DNA of 64,000 nucleotides from the IMG/VR virus record IMGVR_UViG_3300021405_000010, positions 1-64,000 of that record; one strand, 5' to 3'. The notes under the pieces are model-generated. The model ran no database searches. It was not told the DNA's origin and saw nothing but the letters and a program-made list of their open reading frames with translations. Shown here one piece after another: positions 46,538 through 55,175 of the stretch (the stretch's first letter is position 1; each line of letters opens with the position of its first letter). The translations under genes were made by a program, and so were the position numbers. Source of the DNA: a virus.

Positions 46538-49105
46538 TTACCATCCAGTGTCGGCGGTGTAGTGGAATTCGCATCGTCCGACTGCTTGAGCTGCGGAAAA
46601 TCCAATGCTGCTTACCGCCAGCGCATTGGACCCATAACTGAGAATGGCGACGGGTGAGCCGTTAATATTGGCAGTAGCGGCAGCACCGCTGGACGGACTA
46701 TAGATCGTCGCCGTTGGATTCACCGCCAAAGGTCTGGGGTAGGGCGCATAGCCGTAAAAGGCCGCCAAGCTGGTCGGACTGATGAAGGCCGGGCCGCCAG
46801 AGATCACCGTTCCAGCCTTGGTCCCGTAGATATACGATTTGGCGAAATAGCGCAAACACTCGTGGTAGTTCTGGTCGAATGGCTTATCAATCGGCATTGA
46901 ACAGACCGGTCCCGGTTCCCATTGGATGAATCCGATGTCGAAGCTCGAGGTGGTGATGGGGCTTGAGGCAAAATTGTCCTGGCCATGCGCCCCAAAAAAG
47001 TTGCCGGTCACCCAGGTGTCGTTCGCGCCCGTGGTGAGGGTTGTGCCTGCGGCTAAACAGATCCTCAACAACTGTCCCGCCGCTCCGGGAGCGGTCGACC
47101 AGTTGCCTCCTCCTAAAGAAGTGGGAGACGGAATATTCGGGAACTGGAAAAGCGTCCAGGCATTAGCCGTATTAATCGTGAAAAGCTTGGAGAGGCATTG
47201 GGTGGGCGGATTGTCAGAGATGACAAGGCCAAGCTGGATCGGAGCAACGCTCGAGCGCACGAGGATCGAGATCGAAGAAACATCAAGGAAGATCTCCCTG
47301 AACTGCGGTCCCTCCAGGTACTGGCCGATCGTCAGGTTATCGCTCGCTCCCAAGGTTGATTGAGCCGTGGTCAACTGGACGCGCGGGGTAGCTCGAGAGA
47401 TCAGGTAGCTAGTGCCAGGGAGAGTGGCCAGTTGCCCGGGGGCTTGCCCTATCTTGATGGCCATGGTGCCAACTTTAGTCTGCCACCACCGATCCTGCCA
47501 AAGGAGGCCGGTGGCGGGACTAGTCAGCGTTGTGCCAACGTTCCTTTGATCCACCTCGAAGTTGGGGTTGCCGATGGCGTTGTAGCTCCGCAGGCGCACG
47601 TTCCAGATTGCAGAAACCGGGACACTGATCAGGCTGTCTGAACCCAGGACTGCGAGGTTACCTGCATCGGTGCTAACTCCTGAAGTTCCGGCAGGCCCCT
47701 GGGGCCCGGCTGGACCTTGCGCTCCTGGTGCTCCGGTAGTTCCCTGCGGCCCAGTAGGCCCCTGCGGCCCAGTGGGGCCGGTCGCGCCCGTATCGCCCCT
47801 GGGGACGGTGAAGTTAAAAACCGCCGCAGAAGTGGTGCCGGAATTTGTGACGCTGGCAAAGGATCCCGCAGCGCCGGTAACCGTGGACCCAACGGCGACA
47901 GTGGCCGCCGCTCCGCTTGCGCCCGTATTTCCCTGCACCCCTTGCGCCCCTTGAGGACCCGTAGCTCCCGTAGGTCCGGCTGCTCCGGTGTTACCAATCG
48001 GACCCTGGGCACCGGCTGGACCCACTGCTCCCTGTGGCCCCTGGGCTCCGGCGATCCCTTGCGGCACCGTAAAATTTAAGACGGCGGCTGAACTGGACCC
48101 GCTGTTTGCAACCGCTGCGTTGGAACCTGCCGCGCCCGTAGTGGTGGTGCCCACGGCGACCGTAGCGGCACTCCCCGCCGGTCCTGTGGATCCGGCAGGC
48201 CCAGTGGGGCCGGTGGGTCCTTGAATCGGCCCGATATCAACCCAGGCGGGGCCCGGTGTGCTCCAGACCCAGCCGTGGCCGGTATTAGCCGCGATCCACA
48301 GATCACCCAAAGTGTTGCCGGTAGCCGGGAGATTAGCCGAGGTCGGGACTGTGCCTTTGATGACCACGCTCGTGCCATCGTTGCCCTTGGGCCCCGTTGG
48401 CCCTGTCGCGCCCGTAGGTCCGGTGGACCCGGCGGCTCCGGTTGGCCCCTGGTTACCTTGCGGCCCCTGGTTGCCGATCGGGCCTTGCACCCCCTGATTA
48501 CCCTGGGCTCCGATTGGTCCCTGGGGTCCGGCGGGACCGGTGGCACCAGCCGGGCCGGTTGGCCCCTGGAATGGGCCCAGGTCAAGCCAGGAACCCGTCC
48601 AGACATAGGCGTGCCCATCGGAGAGGGAGACCCATAGATCGTTGATCGCGTTGCCGCTGCCCGGAAGGTTAGCCGGAGTAGCGACGGTGCCCTTGACGGT
48701 AAGGGGCAGCCCCGGTGGTCCTGCAATACCCGCTGGCCCGGTTGGCCCCGCTGGGCCGGTGCCGCCCGGAGGGCCGGGTAGACTGGTCGTCGTCACCTTG
48801 CCCGGCTTAATCCCGGTTCCCGGCGGCTGATTAAGACTGGTCCCAAGGTTCTGGACCGTCATCCGGTTCAGGGCGTCGGTCGAAACAACCGTGTAATAGC
48901 CGCCATTCTCGATCACCACCGTCATCCCGGCGACGAACCCTTGAGCGTTGGCCACCACCAGGGTGACATTACCCAAAACCGGCGGCTGCACCCACGGATC
49001 CAGGACGGTTGTAAAAACGTAGACGAAGGTGATCCCGTCGTAGTCCGGCGGATCCTGCGGCCTGACTCCGGGGATCCGAGGCGCGATGGTGTATTCCTGG
49101 TACAT
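46538..49105 (-). CDS. Collagen-repeat tail fibre protein
   Basis: GXY tracts, KGTV..LP..GN..D.W knob modules, two [24 protein letters not shown] modules; C-terminus paralogous to 44019. Confidence 0.82.
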   Translation of the reverse strand: MYQEYTIAPRIPGVRPQDPPDYDGITFVYVFTTVLDPWVQPPVLGNVTLVVANAQGFVAGMTVVIENGGYYTVVSTDALNRMTVQNLGTSLNQPPGTGIKPGKVTTTSLPGPPGGTGPAGPTGPAGIAGPPGLPLTVKGTVATPANLPGSGNAINDLWVSLSDGHAYVWTGSWLDLGPFQGPTGPAGATGPAGPQGPIGAQGNQGVQGPIGNQGPQGNQGPTGAAGSTGPTGATGPTGPKGNDGTSVVIKGTVPTSANLPATGNTLGDLWIAANTGHGWVWSTPGPAWVDIGPIQGPTGPTGPAGSTGPAGSAATVAVGTTTTGAAGSNAAVANSGSSSAAVLNFTVPQGIAGAQGPQGAVGPAGAQGPIGNTGAAGPTGATGPQGAQGVQGNTGASGAAATVAVGSTVTGAAGSFASVTNSGTTSAAVFNFTVPRGDTGATGPTGPQGPTGPQGTTGAPGAQGPAGPQGPAGTSGVSTDAGNLAVLGSDSLISVPVSAIWNVRLRSYNAIGNPNFEVDQRNVGTTLTSPATGLLWQDRWWQTKVGTMAIKIGQAPGQLATLPGTSYLISRATPRVQLTTAQSTLGASDNLTIGQYLEGPQFREIFLDVSSISILVRSSVAPIQLGLVISDNPPTQCLSKLFTINTANAWTLFQFPNIPSPTSLGGGNWSTAPGAAGQLLRICLAAGTTLTTGANDTWVTGNFFGAHGQDNFASSPITTSSFDIGFIQWEPGPVCSMPIDKPFDQNYHECLRYFAKSYIYGTKAGTVISGGPAFISPTSLAAFYGYAPYPRPLAVNPTATIYSPSSGAAATANINGSPVAILSYGSNALAVSSIGFSAAQAVGRCEFHYTADTGW

Positions 49106-50734
49106 TTACGCTTTGATGATGAAGTTCACGGCCTTGTAGGGTGGTAGGGTACTAAATGGTGTGCCGCTGCCGATGCTACTGGTTGTGCCAGCGCCTGCGG
49201 CACCTGTGGTCAGATCCCTGTCCGCTCCGGCGGTAGTTGACGCTAAGCTTCGATCAGATGCCCCCGTGCCTCCGGCTGGCAGGGTAGCGGCGGAAACGGT
49301 GATGGGACCGATACCGGCGGCGGCTGTCCCGTCCGCTGTGGGTCCGCCTGAGTTTATCAGGTTGCCAGGAGCCCCGCTTCCCGATGCTGCCCCGCTTCGG
49401 CTAAAGACGGTGTGTGAGTGGGTCCCGGCGCTGGCACCGTGGGCGTGATTAAACTGGCCCGTGGGAATAGGGTGGGTGTGATCGACCCCGGTAAAGGCGT
49501 GTAAGTGATTGACCCCTGGGTGAGTGTGGTTACCCACGGTGTGAGTGTGAGCGGCCATTTCCGCGAGCGCCAAGGTATGAGTGGCCGCACCGCCTGCGGA
49601 AACCAGGGGATAAGTGGCATTTGCCCCGATCGGGAAAGACCCTCGCATGTCGGGGAGATTAAAGGTCGAGCTGCCGTCTCCAGCTCCCCAGGAAGTTGAG
49701 AGAATCGCGAAGAGCGCCGGAAACTGGGTCCGGGACACTGCGGAGCCGTCACAGGTGAGCCAGCCGCCTGGGGGTGTCACGGCTGGCCACATCGCCATCG
49801 TGCCGGTCATGGCGACTCCCTGAAGTCCTTGTGCTCCCTGAATTCCCTGTGGGCCCTGTGGGCCTTGCGGCCCTTGAGGGCCGGTCCCGGAGATCGTGTT
49901 GCCAACCGGGATAACCGTTCCCGGCGGCTGGCCGCCCGGGTAATTCTGGTTGACCAGGGTCAGTGTATCGGCAACCGGGTCAGTCGCCTGGACACTGAAA
50001 TACTCCCCGCCTTCCACGTAGACGATCTGGCCAGCGGCAAATGAGCTGGCATCCTCGACAAAGGCGATGCCGGTAGTGACCGGGATCGAGAACTGCTGTT
50101 TAAGGGTCGTATAAACGCTGGTGCCGCTGACTCCCTGCGGCCCCGGCGGCCCAGCTGGCCCGGCTGGACCCTGCGGCCCCAAAGGGCCTCGCGCGTTGGC
50201 CGGGCTGATCATTGTCCCGGCCCCGATCATCGTCCCGGGGGCGGCGTTATTGGGGTCGCCGGAGTTGACCAGATTGACGGTGTTGGCGCTCGGAGGCGAC
50301 CCGATCACCGTGAAGGTTCCCGCACCCGGAATGTAGACTAAAAGCCCTGGGGTCATCCAGGAAGTGTCGCTGACGCTGGTCAGCACCGGCACCGAGCTGC
50401 TCGGATCCGGGACCCGGAAAACGAGCGAGAGATAACTGAAAGAGGTGCGCCCCGGCGGCCCTTGTGGTCCCGGCGAGCCGTTACGTCCTTGAGGGCCGAG
50501 CTGCCCCTGGGGCCCGGGCAGGCCTACTCCGGGAGGGCCCTGGGGCCCTGGGCCGCCGCGCAGGGTGTCGATAAACAACCACTGGGCTAGAGCACCGGGA
50601 GGGGCCGATGGTTGTTTGGCGATCCAGTAGCCGCCGTCATCCAGTGTATACGCCGAATCATTCGGAAAGACCGAGCTGTTGTCGATCGCCGGAAGCTGGC
50701 TGTAACTTGGGAATTGACCTAGGAAGTGTGACAA
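49106..50734 (-). CDS. Tail fibre protein with phage tail-collar domain
   Basis: GT.AMW...PP.GWL.CDGSAVSR..FP.LFA.....GAGDGS.TFNLPDMRG, H.H repeats and PPY.AVNFIIK. Confidence 0.88.
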   Translation of the reverse strand: MSHFLGQFPSYSQLPAIDNSSVFPNDSAYTLDDGGYWIAKQPSAPPGALAQWLFIDTLRGGPGPQGPPGVGLPGPQGQLGPQGRNGSPGPQGPPGRTSFSYLSLVFRVPDPSSSVPVLTSVSDTSWMTPGLLVYIPGAGTFTVIGSPPSANTVNLVNSGDPNNAAPGTMIGAGTMISPANARGPLGPQGPAGPAGPPGPQGVSGTSVYTTLKQQFSIPVTTGIAFVEDASSFAAGQIVYVEGGEYFSVQATDPVADTLTLVNQNYPGGQPPGTVIPVGNTISGTGPQGPQGPQGPQGIQGAQGLQGVAMTGTMAMWPAVTPPGGWLTCDGSAVSRTQFPALFAILSTSWGAGDGSSTFNLPDMRGSFPIGANATYPLVSAGGAATHTLALAEMAAHTHTVGNHTHPGVNHLHAFTGVDHTHPIPTGQFNHAHGASAGTHSHTVFSRSGAASGSGAPGNLINSGGPTADGTAAAGIGPITVSAATLPAGGTGASDRSLASTTAGADRDLTTGAAGAGTTSSIGSGTPFSTLPPYKAVNFIIKA

Positions 50735-50737
50735 GCC

Positions 50738-51079
50738 GTGGATTCCCCACGGAGAAACCAGACGCTCTTCAAGTCCGTGAAATTAACTCGCCTCCAACCA
50801 AGTGAACAGCTAAAAATGCACATCGATCTGGAACTCAAATATCCGCTCCACCTGAAGCGTTTCCTGAAAGAAGAACGGATCGCCATCGTCGACTCGGCTG
50901 GAACCCCGGTCGCCCAGGCGGTCAACTACGTGCACGCTTACGAAATTGTCAGGCTGGCCAATTGCGCCTATAACCTCGTAAGCGACCTTTCACAGAAGAA
51001 GCCATATGAGAACCCTGCAAAGCCTCCTGACGATCCTGGACGGCCAGAAGCTGGCCCCGGGATACCTGACCCCGCCTAA
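50738..51079 (+). CDS. Hypothetical protein (start likely 50816)
   Basis: First ORF of the plus-strand block. Confidence 0.45.
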   Translation: MDSPRRNQTLFKSVKLTRLQPSEQLKMHIDLELKYPLHLKRFLKEERIAIVDSAGTPVAQAVNYVHAYEIVRLANCAYNLVSDLSQKKPYENPAKPPDDPGRPEAGPGIPDPA

Positions 51080-51299
51080 ACCGACAGCCCTCGAATGCGC
51101 GATTGACCTTAAACGGCAGCTCGACACGGTCACGATCAACGGCGGAGCTTACCAGCCTCAAGGGACCCTGCTCTTCGCGGAAGCCTGGGTTGGCAGCTTG
51201 AGGGCCGGGGTAGACGCCATCTGGCTTAATGACGTGGACGGCAATCTCGACCTGAGTCACGGCAAGGGACCCGCCTACATTTTCCAGCAGCCGGTATGA
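51006..51299 (+). CDS. Hypothetical protein
   Basis: ORF coupled to the next gene. Confidence 0.55.
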   Translation: MRTLQSLLTILDGQKLAPGYLTPPKPTALECAIDLKRQLDTVTINGGAYQPQGTLLFAEAWVGSLRAGVDAIWLNDVDGNLDLSHGKGPAYIFQQPV

Positions 51300-51407
51300 G
51301 GTGGGATGAAATCCTGATTGCGGTTTTCGTCTACCTTTCTTTGTCCGTGTCAATGATTTTTATCGCAGTTGGCGGCTACTTCATGACATGGTGCGCTTAC
51401 GAGATTT

Positions 51408-51551
51408 ATGCCGCTCACCAAAAAGGGAAAAAAGATCAAAGCCGCTATGGAGAAGACCTACGGTTCTCAGAAGAAGGCTGAACAGGTCCTCTACGCCTCC
51501 AAGAACGCTGGCAAGATCAGTGGCATCGACAAGGCAAAGAAGAAAAAGTGA
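51408..51551 (+). CDS. Small basic phage protein (not in ORF track)
   Basis: MPLTKKGKKIKAAMEKTYGSQKKAEQVLYASKNAGKISGIDK. Confidence 0.7.
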   Translation: MPLTKKGKKIKAAMEKTYGSQKKAEQVLYASKNAGKISGIDKAKKKK

Positions 51552-51555
51552 TTTT

Positions 51556-51726
51556 ATGGCCAAGAAAAAGGCACCTCCCGCAAAGAAAACGGCTCCTCAG
51601 AAACCGATGGCCAAGGGTAAGCCGATGAAGAAGGTCGCCAAGGGCAAGCCCAAATCGAAGTTGCCAACTCTGGGCGGAGGGTTGATGGGGCTGGGCGGGA
51701 CCGGCGCTTCGGGCATGATCCCGTAA
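51556..51726 (+). CDS. Small Lys-rich histone-H1-like protein
   Basis: MAKKKAPPAKKTAPQKPMAKGKP... Confidence 0.6.
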   Translation: MAKKKAPPAKKTAPQKPMAKGKPMKKVAKGKPKSKLPTLGGGLMGLGGTGASGMIP

Positions 51727-51955
51727 GCTCAAAACGTCCCATCGGGAGATCTGATGAGGTCCGGGGATAACTGCAGTAAGACCGGGTGCCAATAAGCAGG
51801 GGCACCGATGGGAGGTTCTGAGCTTGTTTTTATCACGCCGAAATAATGGCAATGATAAACCTATGCCTCGGGGGACGCCCCGGGCTCTGTGCGTGGCCCC
51901 CGGGCACGGTCAGGCAGAGTAGAGCCGAGAAGGCGAATCTGACCGGGGGCATCTG
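51725..51955. ncRNA. Candidate structured non-coding RNA(s)
   Basis: 19/21-bp closing stem (51725-51745/51805-51825) enclosing three short hairpins; second multi-stem element at ~51863-51952. Confidence 0.4.
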
Positions 51956-51958
51956 ATT

Positions 51959-52201
51959 ATGGAATGGGTTCTTCTTGCACTGTTCTTGGGCTACTCCGGC
52001 CAATGCGCCCACGAGAAACGGCAGCGCAAATGGGAACGGGAAGAACGCCGCTTCCAGCGGTGGCAGGAACAGGAGCTGAAAGAGTTCGTCGCTTCCTTGG
52101 AAGGTCTCTCCGAGGAGGAAAAAGCGGAACGCTGGAAAGCGCGTGGAGTCGCAATTCGTGCGGCCATTGTGTGCGCGGCAGCCGCCGCTTGCATCTTCTA
52201 A
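51959..52201 (+). CDS. Small membrane protein
   Basis: Hydrophobic N- and C-termini around a charged helix. Confidence 0.55.
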   Translation: MEWVLLALFLGYSGQCAHEKRQRKWEREERRFQRWQEQELKEFVASLEGLSEEEKAERWKARGVAIRAAIVCAAAAACIF

Positions 52202-52259
52202 AAAGCGTTGGGCATAACCACTTGACCCACAACAGCCCACAGGTCTATGGTGGGCGATT

Positions 52260-52451
52260 GTGCCAAGTTTAACGAACATCACGTTCCCCGATGAACTGTC
52301 TCCCGCTTTGCGCGAAGCGGTTGAGCACTACGGCTTTGAGAGTCTGGCCGCGTACTTCCGAATCTGCGGCCACGTCCTTCTTCAGCACCGCAAGCGGGAC
52401 GAGTCCCTGACTCTTCCGCTCACCTTTTTATGCAAGCCAAAACAAAAGTAA
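52260..52451 (+). CDS. RHH-like small regulator
   Basis: TNITFPDEL...LREAV..YGFESLAAYFR; upstream TTGACC-N18-TATGGT at 52222-52251. Confidence 0.55.
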   Translation: MPSLTNITFPDELSPALREAVEHYGFESLAAYFRICGHVLLQHRKRDESLTLPLTFLCKPKQK

Positions 52452-52945
52452 GAGACCGCAAATTCATGGGCATCCCGGTGCGTGAGGCACGGGCCGCGAT
52501 GCACGTCCAACCCAATAAAGATGACATCAAAGGTGCCACCAAAGAGGACCCCGAAAACTGTGCCTACGCGCGCTGCCTGAAACGGACACTGGACTGTCAG
52601 AATGTCTTTGTTTTCAGGTCAGTCGCCTATGTGGAAACCCTGGACGAACAGGGCAACCGGCTGATGGAACGCTACATGGTCAGAAAGCACGCCAAGGACT
52701 ACCTCTTGAAGTTCGACGGGGGTGAAAGGGTTGGGCCCGGAGGCTTTGTCTTCCATGTGCCCCAACACGCCAAAACGCTTGATTACAAGATATCAGACTA
52801 CCAAAGGCGAAAGAAGGCCGGTAAACCAACCAGCGGCCCCAAGAACACCGGGGCAAGGTTAGCTAAGCCCAAGTCCTACAATCTCAGGGACGGTAAAGGA
52901 GCCGTCCATTTCATCACCGCTGAACTGATCAGGGTCCACCGATGA
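52430..52945 (+). CDS. Hypothetical protein
   Basis: DP.NCAYAR motif. Confidence 0.6.
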   Translation: MQAKTKVRDRKFMGIPVREARAAMHVQPNKDDIKGATKEDPENCAYARCLKRTLDCQNVFVFRSVAYVETLDEQGNRLMERYMVRKHAKDYLLKFDGGERVGPGGFVFHVPQHAKTLDYKISDYQRRKKAGKPTSGPKNTGARLAKPKSYNLRDGKGAVHFITAELIRVHR

Positions 52946-53056
52946 GTGAACCCAACTATTTCGGCCAGCTGATCGGCATTCTTCACGTTGAGGAATTACT
53001 CCGCTTGCAAAAGCGATGCCGGATGCAGAAGAAAGTCGTCCTGGCGGCGATCCTGA

Positions 53057-53407
53057 ATGATGAAATCGAGGAGCGGGAGGGTATGGCTAGTGATGGAAAA
53101 GCATGACGCATTTAGCCAGCTCAACTCCGAAGACCAGAAGGCGGCAATCGATGTGGCGGTTGCCGCTGTCCTGATCGGCCTGCGGATCCCCTCTACGGGA
53201 AAACCCCTCTACGACTGGATGGCGACCGAATTCTCCAGCACCCGCACCCTGCCGCCCAACGTCGTTAAATACGCTCTGCGGAGCCTGGGGCAGGCCCTCT
53301 TCCGGCAGAACTGGACCCTGGTGATCGAGAAGGATAAAGACGGCATCATCACCAAATTCACGCCGGAATGGAAGGAGGGAGACGATGGCGACCAAATCCT
53401 ACAATAG
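53057..53407 (+). CDS. Hypothetical protein
   Basis: ORF; start uncertain. Confidence 0.5.
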   Translation: MMKSRSGRVWLVMEKHDAFSQLNSEDQKAAIDVAVAAVLIGLRIPSTGKPLYDWMATEFSSTRTLPPNVVKYALRSLGQALFRQNWTLVIEKDKDGIITKFTPEWKEGDDGDQILQ

Positions 53408-53684
53408 CCGCGACATGCCGGTGATGGCCAAGCAGTGCTCGACCTGTGTGTTTGCCAAAAAGGAGGACGGTAAATGGTTAAACCCGGAGCTGGCCGAGAT
53501 GGTGGAGGAGCGGATGCTCAGGGTCTCCCAGATCTGCCATCACCCGGCGCTCAAGGGTAAAAAGCAGACTCACCTTTGCCGAGGCACCCGCGACCGGCAG
53601 ATCGAGTACTTCTACCGGATCGGGTTCCTGCCGGAGTGCACCGATGAAGCTTGGCAGGCCAAGCGGAAGGAGCTGGGTTGTTGA
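53385..53684 (+). CDS. Cys/His-rich phage protein
   Basis: PVM.KQCSTC.F...ICHH...LCRG.RD motif. Confidence 0.65.
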   Translation: MATKSYNSRDMPVMAKQCSTCVFAKKEDGKWLNPELAEMVEERMLRVSQICHHPALKGKKQTHLCRGTRDRQIEYFYRIGFLPECTDEAWQAKRKELGC

Positions 53685-53840
53685 AGGACTGGACCACCCG
53701 CGACTGGACCAGCGTCATCTGCGGCTGGATCGGCGGGATGATTGCCGTCGAGGTCATCCCGGAGAGCGGGTACAAGCTGGTCCTGGTCTTTTTCGCCGGG
53801 TTCTGCGTAGCCTGGGCCATACGCGGCCTGATCCCGCGCT

Positions 53841-53880
53841 AAACGAAGAAGCCGTCCAGGATTCCGAGGCCCTGGACGGC
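53841..53880 (-). terminator. Hairpin between convergent gene blocks
   Basis: GCCGTCCAGG/CCTGGACGGC 10-bp stem with a U-rich tail on the minus strand. Confidence 0.55.
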
Positions 53881-54006
53881 AAGTCGTATGCAAGTCAAAT
53901 AAACAAACCGTAGTTGTTCCCGATAGGAACTAAACAGATTCACTCATTATACCCGGTTGAAAGACTCGCATTCGGTAGAGGGAAAATCAAGAAAAGAGTG
54001 TTTTTG

Positions 54007-54091
54007 CTTACGCAAGTGCCTCAAAATCAGCGTTTTTTTCGGCAAATTGCCGAACCTGCAACGTTGAGCATGCCCACGGGTATAACGTTAT
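54007..54091 (-). repeat. Composite palindromic cassette, copy 4 (inverted)
   Basis: Reverse complement contains all sub-boxes with the same N8 spacing as copy 2. Confidence 0.9.
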
Positions 54092-54618
54092 GGATCGACC
54101 CAGCCAACGGTCGAACTGCCAGCCGTGACCGGAGCCAGGACCCAGCAGTGTCCGTCATTCATGGTGTACCACATATCGCCCAGGTTGGCCCCGTAGGTAG
54201 GCAGGCTGCCAGCCCCCGATAGCTCACCCATGTAGCGGGTGGTGAGGATCCGGCCATCGGGCATCGTGTCGTTCTCATAAGTGCCGATCGGGCGGATATG
54301 GAGCAGCTTGGCTCGAGGTGCCGATGCCGTGGCCGGTATCGGCAGCGCCCGGCGCACAGGCACAGGATCTGGCAAGGGCGGAGCGGGTGTGGGATTAACC
54401 AGGATCGCGCCTGGGTATGGCGCTGGGCTCGCTGCCGGAGTCCGGGGCTTAAAGGAGGACATAATCCCCATCACGGTGAGCCCCAGGAGGACGCCCGTGG
54501 ATAGATAACCCAGGAACGCCACGAACTCCGGCTTCTGCGGCTTTTTGGACTTCGGGCGGACCTGGAAACGCTCCTCTTTGGGGAGCGTGGTTTCAAAACG
54601 ATCTGAATAGATTTGCAT
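54088..54618 (-). CDS. Single-pass membrane protein with Pro-rich linker and a tail-fibre-like C-terminal module
   Basis: TM FVAFLGYLSTGVLLGLTVMGIM; VRRALP; MGEL....SLP..GAN.GDMW...DGH.WV...WVD. Confidence 0.7.
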   Translation of the reverse strand: MQIYSDRFETTLPKEERFQVRPKSKKPQKPEFVAFLGYLSTGVLLGLTVMGIMSSFKPRTPAASPAPYPGAILVNPTPAPPLPDPVPVRRALPIPATASAPRAKLLHIRPIGTYENDTMPDGRILTTRYMGELSGAGSLPTYGANLGDMWYTMNDGHCWVLAPVTAGSSTVGWVDP

Positions 54619-54626
54619 ACGTTGCC

Positions 54627-54655
54627 ATCCTACCCCGGCAACGTTGGGCATGCAA
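54627..54655 (-). promoter_or_regulatory. sigma70-like promoter TTGCAT-N17-TAGGAT with box A in the spacer
   Basis: 8 nt upstream of the ATG at 54618. Confidence 0.6.
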
Positions 54656-54657
54656 CT

Positions 54658-55140
54658 TTATTGCGGCCACTGGGTGGCCGGGTCCGATTCGTCCCCCTCG
54701 CCCTCGGGCGGCGGCTGGGCCGGAGGAGCTGTCTGAGATGGCGCTGGGGCGTTGCCAGGACCTCCCACAGCGCCTTTCTGGGCCGGGAAGGGTATGGTAG
54801 CTCCTTGAGGCCCGGTGGGGGCTGCTGGGGCGTTTATGGGAGCCTGGGTGCTTTGAGCCTGCTGGGCCTCTGCGGCACCCTGGGTGTCGGCCTGTTTCTG
54901 GATAGCGCCCCGCTGTTTAATCGCGGCAGTATCGATGTCGCTGGGCCCCAGGCCCTCGCTGCCGCCGGTCTGCGCGGCTTGCATCTTACCGGCGCTGGCC
55001 TCGCGCGCGGCCTGGAGCTTGTCCAGCTCCTTTTCCACCTCGGCGCTGAAATCGGTGCCGCCCAGCTGAGCGGCTCCATGGCGCTTCATCTGCTCCATCT
55101 CTTCGTCACTGAACTGATCTGGGATCGATTGTTTTGGCAT
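54658..55140 (-). CDS. Low-complexity Gln/Ala/Pro-rich protein
   Basis: ORF with its own promoter-like element. Confidence 0.6.
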   Translation of the reverse strand: MPKQSIPDQFSDEEMEQMKRHGAAQLGGTDFSAEVEKELDKLQAAREASAGKMQAAQTGGSEGLGPSDIDTAAIKQRGAIQKQADTQGAAEAQQAQSTQAPINAPAAPTGPQGATIPFPAQKGAVGGPGNAPAPSQTAPPAQPPPEGEGDESDPATQWPQ

Positions 55141-55145
55141 ATGAC

Positions 55146-55175
55146 ATTATAGCTCAACGTTGGGCATAAGATCAA
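55146..55175 (-). promoter_or_regulatory. sigma70-like promoter TTGATC-N18-TATAAT with near-palindromic box A as spacer
   Basis: 5 nt upstream of the ATG at 55140. Confidence 0.65.

Noticed and set aside
44019-49105. Diversity-generating retroelement acting on the paralogous fibre tips
   Set aside because: No reverse transcriptase in the window, and no near-identical TR/VR pair differing only at adenines
51748-51845. Hammerhead ribozyme (CTGATGAG) or tRNA
   Set aside because: No correctly placed GAAA, stem III or cleavage triplet, and no T-loop or D-loop consensus; kept only as an unassigned structured RNA candidate
344-54091. Cassette copies as IS/MITE ends or invertase sites
   Set aside because: No transposase or site-specific recombinase was recognised in the window and no target-site duplications were seen; cannot be fully excluded without flanking sequence
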